Shown here in pieces: positions 21,239 through 31,183 of a stretch of 64,000 nucleotides of DNA. The notes below the pieces were generated by a model that ran no database searches, had not been told where the DNA came from, and saw only the letters and a program-made list of their open reading frames with translations. Numbering within the stretch: the stretch's first letter is position 1; every line of letters starts with the position of its first letter. This stretch comes from Myxococcales bacterium. GTDB lineage: Bacteria > Desulfobacterota > Binatia > HRBIN30. A program made the translations under genes and the position numbers. Location of the stretch: assembly GCA_037445065.1 (NCBI GenBank), contig JBBILD010000013.1:34992-98991 (forward strand). Direction: 5' to 3'.

Positions 21239-22072
21239 TCAGCGTTCGAGCCGCACCGCCGACTCCACCGGCTGGCCCATGAACCAGTGGCCAACCTTGA
21301 TGAACCGTTCCGGAATATCGGTGACGAAAAAACTCAACGACCCGGGCTGCTGATCCCGCCGCTGTAATCTGCGCTCCTCGAGCAGCTCTTGTACGGCACG
21401 CGCTGTGGTCAACGCCGAGTCCACCAAACGCACGCTGCTGCCTAAAACCTCCTGGATCACCCCGGCGAGCAGCGGGTAATGCGTGCAGCCCAGAACCAAG
21501 GTGTCAATGCCGGAGCGTTTGAGACTGGTCAGGTACCGGCGCGCGGCGGCACGAGCGACGTCGTTGTCTACCCACCCCTCCTCCGCCAGCGGCACGAACA
21601 GCGGGCAGGCCCGAGTATAAATCTCGAGGCTTGCGTCCAACGCCTTGAGTGCGCGCGTGTAGGCGCCGCTGGCGATGGTGGCCTCGGTGCCGATCACCCC
21701 TACCTTCTTGTTCCGCGTCGCCGCCACGGCGGCGCGCGCACCCGGTTCGATGACGCCGACCACCGGGATGGACAGCTCTGACTGCAGCAGGTCGAGCGCT
21801 ACCGCTGAAACACTATTGCAGGCAACGACCAGCAGCTTGATGCCCTTGTCGAGCAAGAACGCCGCGTTTTCCAGCGCGTAGCGCCGGATCGTCTCGGCCG
21901 ACTTGCTCCCGTACGGGGTCCGTGCCGTATCCCCCAAGTACACGACATGCTCGCGAGGCATCAGGCGGACGATCTGACGCACCACCGTGAGGCCGCCGAT
22001 GCCAGAGTCGAACACGCCGATGGCCGCCTCGCTGGGTGCAGCGGCGCCGTGCTTGCCGCGCAAATTCCTCAT
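21239..22072 (-). CDS. murI: Glutamate racemase
   Basis: FDSGIGGLTV, PYGSKS, VACNS, LGCTHYP. Confidence 0.96.
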   Translation of the reverse strand: MRNLRGKHGAAAPSEAAIGVFDSGIGGLTVVRQIVRLMPREHVVYLGDTARTPYGSKSAETIRRYALENAAFLLDKGIKLLVVACNSVSAVALDLLQSELSIPVVGVIEPGARAAVAATRNKKVGVIGTEATIASGAYTRALKALDASLEIYTRACPLFVPLAEEGWVDNDVARAAARRYLTSLKRSGIDTLVLGCTHYPLLAGVIQEVLGSSVRLVDSALTTARAVQELLEERRLQRRDQQPGSLSFFVTDIPERFIKVGHWFMGQPVESAVRLER

Positions 22073-23148
22073 GCGCTCCTAGCCAAAATACGGGCTGCCA
22101 GCTCCCGGTCGGTCGGCGCAGCACCAAACGTCTTTTCCCATACCGCGACTGGCTCCATGCAAATGTAAAGCGGCACCTCCTCGCTCCATTGACGCAAGCG
22201 AGCCAACATGTGCCGGTACATTTTCACCCTAAGCGGCCGCCAGGCGCGATGCTTCCCGTCCGGGTTGGGCACCAGTTCGCTCCAAATGACCCAGCTTGCA
22301 CGGCCGCGGAGTTTGATGCGCTCGCGCAAAGCAGGGGTCAGGCGCAAATGCCCCAGACTCACCCACGCCACGCGGCGCGGATCCACCGCCGCTTCGAGCG
22401 CCCGGACCACCGCATCGTACTCCTCTTCCCACCCGGGGAAAGCGATGAGCGGGTCGAAGTGAAAGCCGACCCGAAACCCGGCCCGCTGCACGCGCTCTGC
22501 TGCGGCCAGCCGCTCCTCCAGACTTACCGTTCCCGGCTCGTCGGCGGCAATCACGCTCGCAGCGTTGAGCGACCACGAGACCACCACATTCGGGAGCGGG
22601 CGATGCTCGAGGACACCGCCGACCTCGGCGCTCTTGGTTTTCAACTCGAGCACCGCGTTCGGGTGGCGAGCAAAAAACGGCAGGAGTTCCGCTGTATGGC
22701 CCGCCAACCAATCCAGCGCCAGGCTATCGATCAACTCCCCGGTGCCGATGCGAAACTGGCGCTGCGGGTGAGACAAAAGGACTCGTTCTACTTCGCACAG
22801 CGCTTCCGCCACGTTCGCATACAACTTCAACGCTGGCGCAGAAGCCAAGTATTCTTGGAGGAAACAGTACGTACAGTCGTAGGGGCAGTTGGAACCGAGC
22901 TGCAAGACCAGGTAGTTGCAGCATACCAAGCCCGCGGTCCCAGCCGGGCAGTGTTGCAGGAACGAGCCGCGCCGACGCGCCAGCACGAGACGCCGCTTGC
23001 CCTCGGCAAAATCCGTGCATTCGGCCTCGCGTGCCTGCCGCACGACGTGCCACGGGAGCTGCGGGAAGCAGCGGCGCACACGCTCGGCGAGCGGTGACGA
23101 CACGACATCTTCTTCCACCCACACAGCGGTGGGGCTCCACTGCTTCAT
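22069..23148 (-). CDS. Spore photoproduct lyase-like radical SAM protein
   Basis: CPYDCTYCFLQEY (CxxxCxxC), RIGTGELIDSL, ELKTK, SWSLN, GFHFDP. Confidence 0.85.
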   Translation of the reverse strand: MKQWSPTAVWVEEDVVSSPLAERVRRCFPQLPWHVVRQAREAECTDFAEGKRRLVLARRRGSFLQHCPAGTAGLVCCNYLVLQLGSNCPYDCTYCFLQEYLASAPALKLYANVAEALCEVERVLLSHPQRQFRIGTGELIDSLALDWLAGHTAELLPFFARHPNAVLELKTKSAEVGGVLEHRPLPNVVVSWSLNAASVIAADEPGTVSLEERLAAAERVQRAGFRVGFHFDPLIAFPGWEEEYDAVVRALEAAVDPRRVAWVSLGHLRLTPALRERIKLRGRASWVIWSELVPNPDGKHRAWRPLRVKMYRHMLARLRQWSEEVPLYICMEPVAVWEKTFGAAPTDRELAARILARSA

Positions 23149-23681
23149 GGCGCTTCCTCTAGCAAGGCGAACACACGCTGGCAGGCATCCGAGCGCGCCC
23201 ACTCGGCGAGCGACTGAAGGGTTTGTACGAACTGCTCTGGGCTGCGCGCAACAATCCGCACCTGAATTGCATCGCCTTCCAGATCCGGAGGAAGCTGCAG
23301 GTGAACCTCTGCCGGCAGGCGCGCCTCCCGCACAAGTGCGTGCAGTTCGTCCTCCACCGCCACCAGGTGAGGAAACCGGCGCCGACGCAACGCCTGCCGC
23401 ACGAGCTTGAGGCGGTCGTTCCGGCTCAACCGGCGCTGCAAGGCTTCCCGAATGAGCGCATCGTCGAGCACCGCGCGAAGCGGAAGCGAATCCCGCGCGG
23501 CAACCTCCTCCGCCCACTCCCACAAGTCGCGCAGTTGGTTCTCTCCGAGCCGCAGCTCACGCACCAGCCGCCACAGCGCCTCACCGTCCGGCGGCGCCAA
23601 GCGCCGCCAGCGTTCACGCGTCGCAGCCGTAAAGTGCTTTTCCTCGCACCATGCCGCCATCCCTTCCGCCCACCCCGCCAT
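23145..23681 (-). CDS. Hypothetical helical protein coupled to the SPL-like gene
   Basis: ATGA overlap with the radical SAM gene; RRRFPHL...LPPDLEG; resembles the C-terminal part of ParB-like proteins (weak). Confidence 0.65.
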   Translation of the reverse strand: MAGWAEGMAAWCEEKHFTAATRERWRRLAPPDGEALWRLVRELRLGENQLRDLWEWAEEVAARDSLPLRAVLDDALIREALQRRLSRNDRLKLVRQALRRRRFPHLVAVEDELHALVREARLPAEVHLQLPPDLEGDAIQVRIVARSPEQFVQTLQSLAEWARSDACQRVFALLEEAP

Positions 23682-23683
23682 TC

Positions 23684-24559
23684 TCAAGCTGCCTCCCGTT
23701 CGCTTTCCGTCACGCACGTGCGCGCCCACTGCGCGAGCACCCGATAACGCTTTGCCTCTTCGTGCCGCCCGCGCTTTTCTGCCCCCGCGGCCAGGATTTC
23801 TACCTTGCGCTCCAGGGTGTCCAGCAGCGCGCGGGTGCGCGCCTGGCTGAGCCCACCCTCGGCAAGCAGCCGCAGGAGCGAGGCGACGCGGAAGCGATCC
23901 ATACCCCAAAAGCGGCGCGAGAGTTGGTCGGGGTGGCCGCCGCGCTTGACGACCAGCGCCTCCGGACACAAGCCCACCGGATGCCGCCGCGCAATGCGCA
24001 GCCAGAGGTCATAATCTTCGCATGCCGGCAGGCTCGGATCGAACCCTCCGACTTCCTCCCACAGCGAACGATGGAGCAAGACCGCCGACGGACTCACCAA
24101 GCAGCGCTCGAGGGACGGCAAGAAGATGTCGCCCGCGGGCTTGCGGTGGTACGAGCGTGGCTGCACGCGCCGCCCGTGCCGGTACCAAATCTCTTCGGTC
24201 TGTGAAACCAAGTACCGGTGCTCGCGGGTAAAGGTGCACTGCCGCTCGAGTTTACGCGGCAGCCACCAATCGTCGGAGTCGAGAAACGCGATCCACTCAC
24301 CGCGGCTGGCTTCTACCCCAGCGTTCCGTGCCGCTGCCACGCCGCGATTTTCCGCAAAGCGAAGGAGCTGAATGCGGTTGCCAAACGCTACTCTTAGCGC
24401 CTCTGCGGTGCCATCGTTGGAGCCGTCGTCCACGACCCAAAGGTCCACGGAAATTCCTTCCGGCAGACGCTGTGCCAGCACGGAGGCCACCGCCTGCTGC
24501 ACCCAACCGCGCCGGTTCCACGTCGGGATGACCACACTCACTCGCACGGCAAGCGCCAT
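23684..24559 (-). CDS. Family 2 glycosyltransferase
   Basis: VSVVIPTWNR, VVDDGS, GVAAARNAG, AFLDSDD, CEDYDLWLR. Confidence 0.92.
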   Translation of the reverse strand: MALAVRVSVVIPTWNRRGWVQQAVASVLAQRLPEGISVDLWVVDDGSNDGTAEALRVAFGNRIQLLRFAENRGVAAARNAGVEASRGEWIAFLDSDDWWLPRKLERQCTFTREHRYLVSQTEEIWYRHGRRVQPRSYHRKPAGDIFLPSLERCLVSPSAVLLHRSLWEEVGGFDPSLPACEDYDLWLRIARRHPVGLCPEALVVKRGGHPDQLSRRFWGMDRFRVASLLRLLAEGGLSQARTRALLDTLERKVEILAAGAEKRGRHEEAKRYRVLAQWARTCVTESEREAA

Positions 24560-24798
24560 TAACCCAGGCAAGCGAGCAAGAAAACCCGCACCTCCCGACT
24601 TCCTAGCTCGCCCCTACGCTCCCTCGCTGGTTTTCCGCCCGCAGCTGTCTCGACCCGCTCCTCCCTCGCGCCACACCCCTCGCCGGCTTCCTTCCGGACC
24701 CAGCGGAGGCTACGACGGTGCCGATCTTGGCACCCGCCGAGCCCGATTTCCCTGGTTTGTGAGCTTCCTTGCCGCCACTCCTTCCTTTCGCCCCCGAC

Positions 24799-25047
24799 TT
24801 AGAGCCGCCCCCCGGAATGCGCCGCCCGAAGGCGCGTCACCTTGCGCATTACCGGCCGCCCGGAAGTGGCTTGCGTCCCGAGCCCGAGTTTCGATCCCCA
24901 ACTACGGCTGACGAGCCACAGGAGGCCCGCACAGACCACCAAAACAGCCGCCACCACCAACCCTCCGGTCGCCGGTTCGACCAGCGGTTCTTCCGGAATG
25001 GTTGCAAACGCGAGCAGTGCATCAATCGCAACGATGGTGCCGAACAT
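24799..25047 (-). CDS. Small single-pass membrane hypothetical protein
   Basis: Strong GGAGG RBS before MFGTIV; one hydrophobic segment followed by a basic tail. Confidence 0.5.
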   Translation of the reverse strand: MFGTIVAIDALLAFATIPEEPLVEPATGGLVVAAVLVVCAGLLWLVSRSWGSKLGLGTQATSGRPVMRKVTRLRAAHSGGRL

Positions 25048-25190
25048 GATTGCTTCCTCCTTTGCCCCGAAGGCACCAAAAGCTTTAACGCACCGCAGCA
25101 TGATTGCAACGCGATGCGTCATCACCAGCCCGCCCTTGCTCCGCCCATCTGCTTGAGAGAAAACAGGCGGCGGGAAAGGAAGCGAAGAAG

Positions 25191-26978
25191 ATGGCACGGG
25201 CGAAACGGCGGATCAGCAACGCGGAGATCGCCAAAGTGTTGCGCGAAATCGCGCTGTTGCTCGACATGGACGGGGTACCCTTCAAGCCACGGGCGTACGA
25301 GAAGGCGGCGTATGCGGTCGAGACGCTCAGTGAACCGGTGGCCGACCTGCTCGAACGGGGTGGCGAACGCGCGGTGGAGGCCATCCCTGGGGTGGGCAAG
25401 AGCATTGCCGAAAAAATCGTTACGCTGGTGCGTAGCGGACGGCTCCCGTACTACGAGGAGTTGCACGCCAAGGTTCCGGTGGATCTGGAAGGGCTCAGCG
25501 CCATCGAGGGGCTGGGGCCCAAAAACATCAAGGTGCTGTACGAAAAGCTCGGCATCCGCACCGTGGACGAACTGGAACGCGCGGCGCGCGAAGGGCGGAT
25601 CCGCACGCTGCCCCACTTTGGCGAGAAAAGCGAGCAAAAGATCCTGCGCGGAATCGAGTTCCTCAAGCGCAGTCAAGGCCGCTTTCTGCTCGGCGCTGTG
25701 CTGCCCTTCGTGCGCGAAATCGAGCGGCGGCTCCGCGAGATTCGCGGCGTGCAGCGGGTGGCGATCGCAGGCTCCATCCGCCGCTGCAAAGAAACGGTCG
25801 GCGACGCGGACATCTTGGTGGTGGCCGAAGATGCGGACCGAGTAATGGACTTTTTCGTGTCCATGCCCGAGGTCGAGTACGTGCACGGCAAGGGGCACAC
25901 GAAGTCGAGCGTCAAGCTGCATATGGGAATGGATGTGGACTTGCGGGTGGTCGAAGAGGACAGCTTCGGAGCAGCCCTCAACTACTTTACCGGCAGTAAG
26001 GCCCACAACGTGGCCCTGCGCCGCATCGCTCAAGACAAGGGGCTCAAACTCAACGAGTACGGCTTGTTTCGCGGAGACAAGGCGATCGCTGGGCGGACGG
26101 AAGAGGAGGTGTACGCGGCGCTGGGTCTCGAATTCATTCCGCCCGAGTTGCGGGAAGACACCGGCGAGATCGAAGCGGCGCTCGAACACCGGCTGCCCAA
26201 GCTGGTCGCCTACGATGCCGTGCGAGGCGATTTGCAAGTGCAGACCTCTTGGTCCGACGGCGCGCACAGCATCGAGGAGATGGTCGCCGAGGCGCGTCGG
26301 CTCGGGCGCGAGTACATCGCCATTACCGACCACACCAAAGCCCTCGCCATGGTGGGGCTCGACTCCGCGCAGCTCCGCAAACAAATGGCCGAGATCGACC
26401 GCATCAACGCCAAACTCAGCGGCTTCCGCGTTCTCAAGGGCGCCGAGGTGAACATCAATCGCGACGGAACGCTCGACATTGACGACGACACCTTGTCCCA
26501 ACTCGACGTGGTCGGCATCGCCGTGCACTCCTACTTCCATTTGCCGAAGGAGGAACAAACGCGGCGCATCATCCGCGCGATGGAAAACCCCCATGCGGAC
26601 ATTTTGTTCCATCCAACCGGAAGGGCGCTCTTAAAGCGGGAGCCGTACGAGGTAGATCTCGACGCCATTTTCGCTGCCGCCAAGCGTACGGGCACCGCTC
26701 TCGAAGTGGATGGTTACCCGGAGCGTTTGGACCTGCGCGACGAGCACGTGCGCCGCGCCATCGAGGCAGGGGTCAAGCTCGTCATTGACACCGACGCGCA
26801 CAGCACCCACCACCTCGACTACTTGTACTTCGGAATCGCAACTGCGCGCCGGGGTTGGGCCACCGCTGCCGATGTTCTGAACACCCTGCCGGTGGAGGAG
26901 TTTCTCGCCCAGCTCAAAGACGGCCGCACAGGCGCGCACCGCACCCAGCCAACCCGCGGGCGCCGCAAACAGCGCTAG
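25191..26978 (+). CDS. polX: DNA polymerase X with a C-terminal PHP domain
   Basis: HhH motifs IPGVG and IEGLGPK, GSIRRCKETVGDADIL, YFTGSKAHN, LNEYGL, ITDH, DTDAH. Confidence 0.95.
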   Translation: MARAKRRISNAEIAKVLREIALLLDMDGVPFKPRAYEKAAYAVETLSEPVADLLERGGERAVEAIPGVGKSIAEKIVTLVRSGRLPYYEELHAKVPVDLEGLSAIEGLGPKNIKVLYEKLGIRTVDELERAAREGRIRTLPHFGEKSEQKILRGIEFLKRSQGRFLLGAVLPFVREIERRLREIRGVQRVAIAGSIRRCKETVGDADILVVAEDADRVMDFFVSMPEVEYVHGKGHTKSSVKLHMGMDVDLRVVEEDSFGAALNYFTGSKAHNVALRRIAQDKGLKLNEYGLFRGDKAIAGRTEEEVYAALGLEFIPPELREDTGEIEAALEHRLPKLVAYDAVRGDLQVQTSWSDGAHSIEEMVAEARRLGREYIAITDHTKALAMVGLDSAQLRKQMAEIDRINAKLSGFRVLKGAEVNINRDGTLDIDDDTLSQLDVVGIAVHSYFHLPKEEQTRRIIRAMENPHADILFHPTGRALLKREPYEVDLDAIFAAAKRTGTALEVDGYPERLDLRDEHVRRAIEAGVKLVIDTDAHSTHHLDYLYFGIATARRGWATAADVLNTLPVEEFLAQLKDGRTGAHRTQPTRGRRKQR

Positions 26979-27011
26979 CCAAAAGCCAGCCACTCGTGTA
27001 AGGGCTCACCA

Positions 27012-27488
27012 ATGTCGCGGGTGTGCGCTCTGGCTGGGGATACCAAGGTCGAAACGCCGGAAGGCCCAATGGCGGTGCGCAGTGTGGCCGGCAAGCTGAT
27101 CCCTGTCTTCAGCCGGGATCCGAACGGACGGGTGCGTTTCCGGCCCATGCGTGATGTGCAAAGCATCGCCTCCGAAGCGCCCCTATACCGCGTCGTTCTC
27201 GACAACGGCCGCTCCTTCCGCGCGGGTGCGGGGCAACGCGTCTTTACGCTCGAAATGAGCCCCGTCGCGATTGCCGAGCTTGCACCCGGCACGGTACTGC
27301 TCTCTGCCTTCCACTACCCTGCCGGTTACCGGTACCTGCGCACAGACGGCCACGAGGAAGTCTCCCTCGGGGGCTGGAAAGTGGTCCAGGTGGAGCCCGC
27401 TGGCAGCGGGGAGTTGTTCACCCTGCGCGTGCCGCCCGAGAACTGCTTCTTCGTGACTGCTGGCGTGCTTTGCCAAAGCGAGGCCTGA
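27012..27488 (+). CDS. Stand-alone Hint (intein-like) domain protein
   Basis: Block A-like (C)ALAGDTKVETPEG; LYRVVLDNGRSFRA; ELAPG; block F/G-like VVQVEPAGSGELFTLRV...FFVTAGVLCQS. Confidence 0.75.
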   Translation: MSRVCALAGDTKVETPEGPMAVRSVAGKLIPVFSRDPNGRVRFRPMRDVQSIASEAPLYRVVLDNGRSFRAGAGQRVFTLEMSPVAIAELAPGTVLLSAFHYPAGYRYLRTDGHEEVSLGGWKVVQVEPAGSGELFTLRVPPENCFFVTAGVLCQSEA

Positions 27489-27537
27489 GGCAGCACGCAG
27501 CGGGCGGGCCAACCTGCCACATTGTCCAGGACGCGGC

Positions 27538-28344
27538 TCACCTGCCGCGCGGGCCTGCGAACTCTTGCGCCACCACCCGTGCCAGGCCCGGGAGGTCGGA
27601 CACGATACCGTCCACACCCAACTCCCACAGGCGTTTCATTTCCTCTGCGTCGTTGATCGTCCAGGCGTGCACCTCGAGCTGCCACCGATGGGCCGCAGCA
27701 ACCACTTCAGGACGCACAATCTCGATCGGCCCCACCCGCACCGGTACCTGCAAAGCGATCCCCGGAGGGGTGTAGCCGGACCAGTCATCCGCCTCGACGC
27801 GGCGCAAAAACTCGGCCACGTCCTCCGCCGAGAAACTGGTGATCAACTCTCCCCCGTGCGCCCGAACGTGCTGCAGGATGGGGCCTTTCTCTGCAGCCAA
27901 GATCACTCTGCCGGCGGCATCGAACCGGCGCACCAAGCGGATTACCTCGTCAATCAAGGCTCCGTCGTTTTCCTTGATCTCGACGTTGCAAATGGCCAGC
28001 GGAAAGGTGACCAGCACGGCCTCGAAGGTGGGAACCTTCACGCCATGGCCGCGAAAGGGAAAATCGCGGCCGTCGCGACTGAAGCCGTAGCCCGCATCCA
28101 AACTCTCCACCTGTCGCCACGTGAGATCGCGCACCGCCCCGCTGCCGTCGGTGGTGCGGTCCACCGTATCGTCATGCATCACCACCACCACGCCATCGCG
28201 GGTGCCGTGCACGTCCAATTCGAGAATGTCCGCACCCAACGCCAGCGCGAGCGCAAACGAGGGAAGCGTGTTTTCCGGTGCCAGCCCGGCCGCACCGCGG
28301 TGACCCAGAATACGCGGCGGCGGAGTCGAGAAGCACGTTCGCAT
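27538..28344 (-). CDS. Glycerophosphodiester phosphodiesterase
   Basis: GHRGAAGLAPENT, ELDVHGTRDG, HDDTVDRTT, NVEIK, VHAWTIND. Confidence 0.93.
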   Translation of the reverse strand: MRTCFSTPPPRILGHRGAAGLAPENTLPSFALALALGADILELDVHGTRDGVVVVMHDDTVDRTTDGSGAVRDLTWRQVESLDAGYGFSRDGRDFPFRGHGVKVPTFEAVLVTFPLAICNVEIKENDGALIDEVIRLVRRFDAAGRVILAAEKGPILQHVRAHGGELITSFSAEDVAEFLRRVEADDWSGYTPPGIALQVPVRVGPIEIVRPEVVAAAHRWQLEVHAWTINDAEEMKRLWELGVDGIVSDLPGLARVVAQEFAGPRGR

Positions 28345-28428
28345 GCGCGCCTCGATAACCAATCTCGCTCGGGTGCGAAAGGAACGGCGGCGGAAACGCG
28401 AGAAAATCCAAATGGCGAGGGAGCGCGG

Positions 28429-30219
28429 TCAGAGCGGCTCGTCGCGGCCTAGCACGCGCTCTGGCGAGGAGGGAGCCACCAAATACGCCGCGGCGCGCAA
28501 CGCCAGGGCGATGATGGTCAGCGTGGGGTTGTAGCCAGAGGAAGTGACAAACACCGAGCCGTCCACCGCGTACAGGTTTTCCACGTCGTGGAAACGCTGG
28601 TAGCGGTCGCAAACCGAGCTGCGCGGATCGTCTCCCATGCGCAGCGTGCCCATGACATGGCGCGTGAGTGGAGGAGAATCCGCAGGCGCCAAGAAGCCAA
28701 AGTCCGCCCCAGCAGCGCGGTGGATCTCGACCAACAAAGGCCCGTAGAACTGCCGCGCAGCGCGCTCGAGGGCTCCGGCACGGTAGGTCACACGCGGTAC
28801 CGGCTGGCCGAAGACGTCGCGCAAGCGATCGTCGAGATCCACTCGATTGTGGAAGTACGGAGCATCCTCGCCTTGCTGGATCAGCACCGCGATGTGGGCT
28901 TGGAATACGTTGGCGCGCAACAAACGCTTGAGCGTGAGACTCCTCAAATTTTGCAGGCGCGCCAAATCCAGCGCTTGCAAGGCCGCTTGCGCTCCACTGA
29001 TTGCGCCAGAATTGGTGCCAAATTCTACAATGCCACCGAGCGGCACGGTGGGATCGATTTCATTGCCCCCAGGGCGCACGCCGCGCAAGTCGGAGATCCC
29101 ATGGGTGATCGAGCGGCCCCGCTCACCATGGAGTCGCTGCCGGTATATGCCAACCGCCAGGTTTTTCGCGTGAAACATCAGGAAGCGCCCAATAAGCCCG
29201 CTGCTGTTGCCCAGACCTCCCGGTTCGGAAAGCAAGCAAAGGCGGGCGCTTTCGATGGCGCTGGCGGCGAGCAAATACACATCCGCACTGGCGCGCTGCC
29301 GCTCGCCGCGGTCGTCCACATACTCCACGCCCACCACCCGCCGCCCGCCATCGTGCAGCAGCCGGGTGACATGGCAGTTGTAACGCACCTGGCAGCGGCC
29401 GCTGAGCAACGCTTCGCGCAGCGCGGTCACAGCCGGGCTTCCCTTCGAGTTGTTCGGACACCCGTACCCACTGCAAAAGCCGCAATCGTTGCATGGTGGG
29501 CGGCCGCGATAAAAACGCGAGTTTTGCGCCCCAGGGTAGGGAAACGGCGCGTAACCGCGCGCCCGCGCACCGGCGCTCAGCACCTCCGCCACGTACATCG
29601 GCAACCCGGGGGGCATCGGGTACTCGCTCCGGCGCGGCGAGGCAAATGGGTCAGCACCAGCGAGTCCCTGCACGCCCGAGATCCGCTCCGCCTCTTCGTA
29701 AAACGGCTCCAGTTCCTCGTACGTAAGCGGCCAGTCGGCAAAGCTGGCGCCCTCGTACAGCACCCCTTTGCTGGCGAGCTCGCTGGCCAAGCGAAAGTCC
29801 ACGCTGTTGAAGCGGGGATACTTCATGTCCGCATGCACCGCCCCGCCTCCGACCGTTTTCGGCAGCACGTTGAGATCGGCAACAAAGCGCGCCGCCTCGT
29901 TTTCTTGCGCGCGGAACGTGCGCGGTTCGACCAGCGCATCCTGCTCGATGAAGTGCCGGATCGCATGCTTGAGTTCGTCGTTGCTGAACAAGGGACGCGG
30001 CATGTCCGGGTTCGGGTCGTCCAGGCCAGGGAAATAGTTCGGGCCATGTTCGAGCACGAGCACGCGCTTGCCGCCCACCAGGGCCAGGGTGCGTGCCGCG
30101 ATCGAGCCGCCCGCGCCACTACCAATCACAATGGCATCGAACCGATCGAGTGAGGTGTTGCCCAAAACGCCCTCAACGCGCGAGGGCAGGTTTGCCGGTG
30201 GCGAAAGGTCGTTCGACAT
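28429..30219 (-). CDS. GMC-family flavoprotein oxidoreductase (gluconate 2-dehydrogenase large-subunit-like)
   Basis: IGSGAGG FAD motif, CNDCGFCSGYGC Fe-S Cys cluster, HVMGTLRMG, GYNPTLTI. Confidence 0.9.
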   Translation of the reverse strand: MSNDLSPPANLPSRVEGVLGNTSLDRFDAIVIGSGAGGSIAARTLALVGGKRVLVLEHGPNYFPGLDDPNPDMPRPLFSNDELKHAIRHFIEQDALVEPRTFRAQENEAARFVADLNVLPKTVGGGAVHADMKYPRFNSVDFRLASELASKGVLYEGASFADWPLTYEELEPFYEEAERISGVQGLAGADPFASPRRSEYPMPPGLPMYVAEVLSAGARARGYAPFPYPGAQNSRFYRGRPPCNDCGFCSGYGCPNNSKGSPAVTALREALLSGRCQVRYNCHVTRLLHDGGRRVVGVEYVDDRGERQRASADVYLLAASAIESARLCLLSEPGGLGNSSGLIGRFLMFHAKNLAVGIYRQRLHGERGRSITHGISDLRGVRPGGNEIDPTVPLGGIVEFGTNSGAISGAQAALQALDLARLQNLRSLTLKRLLRANVFQAHIAVLIQQGEDAPYFHNRVDLDDRLRDVFGQPVPRVTYRAGALERAARQFYGPLLVEIHRAAGADFGFLAPADSPPLTRHVMGTLRMGDDPRSSVCDRYQRFHDVENLYAVDGSVFVTSSGYNPTLTIIALALRAAAYLVAPSSPERVLGRDEPL

Positions 30220-30232
30220 CGCGTTCCCTTTT

Positions 30233-31177
30233 TCACGGAAAGCGCGGCGAGCCCGCTAGCCGCGTCAAAATCCGCAGCAAGGCCGCCAAGTCCTCGGCAA
30301 ACGGCGCGAACGTCTCATCCGGGTCCGGCCCCGAAGTCGGGCGATCCGGCCGCTCGCGGTATGTGTCGGCGCGGCGGTCATACAGCGCGTAGCCGAGCGG
30401 CTGGCTGTCCCCCCCGTAGCCGATCAGCTCCCAACCGCGCAGATCGCGGTTGCCACCGTACTCTGGCACGGCAAACATGCCCTCGAGCAGGAGCCCCAGC
30501 ATCAGCGATACGAAGTCCGGATCCGCACGGCCGAGCACCCGTTCGCGTTCGCTCGCTTCGAGTTCGGAGAAACGCTTGCCGAATTGCGCCTGACTCAAGT
30601 CCTCCAATTCCGCCAAACCGAGGCGGACCTGGGCGCGCAGCCCCAAAACGGGGCCCAATTCCGCCGCGTTGAAGTCGAACTCTGGCACCGCGCCAGAGCC
30701 CAAGACGCGTGCACGCCAAGCAATGCGCTGCACGCGATTCAAAGGAACGAAGCGGGTGAAGTCGTTGCCCGGAAAGCGGCGGCTGGGCGTGCCGGAGTCA
30801 AAGTCCGGGAACGGATTTCTGCCGCTGAACGGCCCACCGGCGAAGACCCGCCCCGGGTCCCGCTCGTCCGGGACACCGCCGAGCAAGCGCGCGATGTACT
30901 CGTCGGCCCCACAGGCAAGGGCTCCGGGGCCCTCTTCATCCTCGGGCAGCAAGTGTTCGAGCAGACTCGCCAGCGTGCGCCGCTCAGCCTCGCTCAAAAA
31001 CTCCGATGGTGCGGGAGCGGCGGAGGCGAGTGGCTCGCCGTCGTCTCCGCACCCTGGCAGGCTGACCGGCAAAAGGGCGGCCGTACCCCCGGCCAAGCCC
31101 CAGCGCAAAACTTGCCGTCGTGTCCAACCGGAGCGGTGGGATCGGACTCCCGGCTCAAGCGGCGGCAACAAGGGCAT
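30233..31177 (-). CDS. Gluconate 2-dehydrogenase subunit 3-like protein with a Tat lipoprotein signal
   Basis: TRRQVL twin-arginine signal, LPG-C, EGMFAVPEYGGNRDLRGWELIGY. Confidence 0.85.
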   Translation of the reverse strand: MPLLPPLEPGVRSHRSGWTRRQVLRWGLAGGTAALLPVSLPGCGDDGEPLASAAPAPSEFLSEAERRTLASLLEHLLPEDEEGPGALACGADEYIARLLGGVPDERDPGRVFAGGPFSGRNPFPDFDSGTPSRRFPGNDFTRFVPLNRVQRIAWRARVLGSGAVPEFDFNAAELGPVLGLRAQVRLGLAELEDLSQAQFGKRFSELEASERERVLGRADPDFVSLMLGLLLEGMFAVPEYGGNRDLRGWELIGYGGDSQPLGYALYDRRADTYRERPDRPTSGPDPDETFAPFAEDLAALLRILTRLAGSPRFP

Positions 31178-31183
31178 CGCGAT

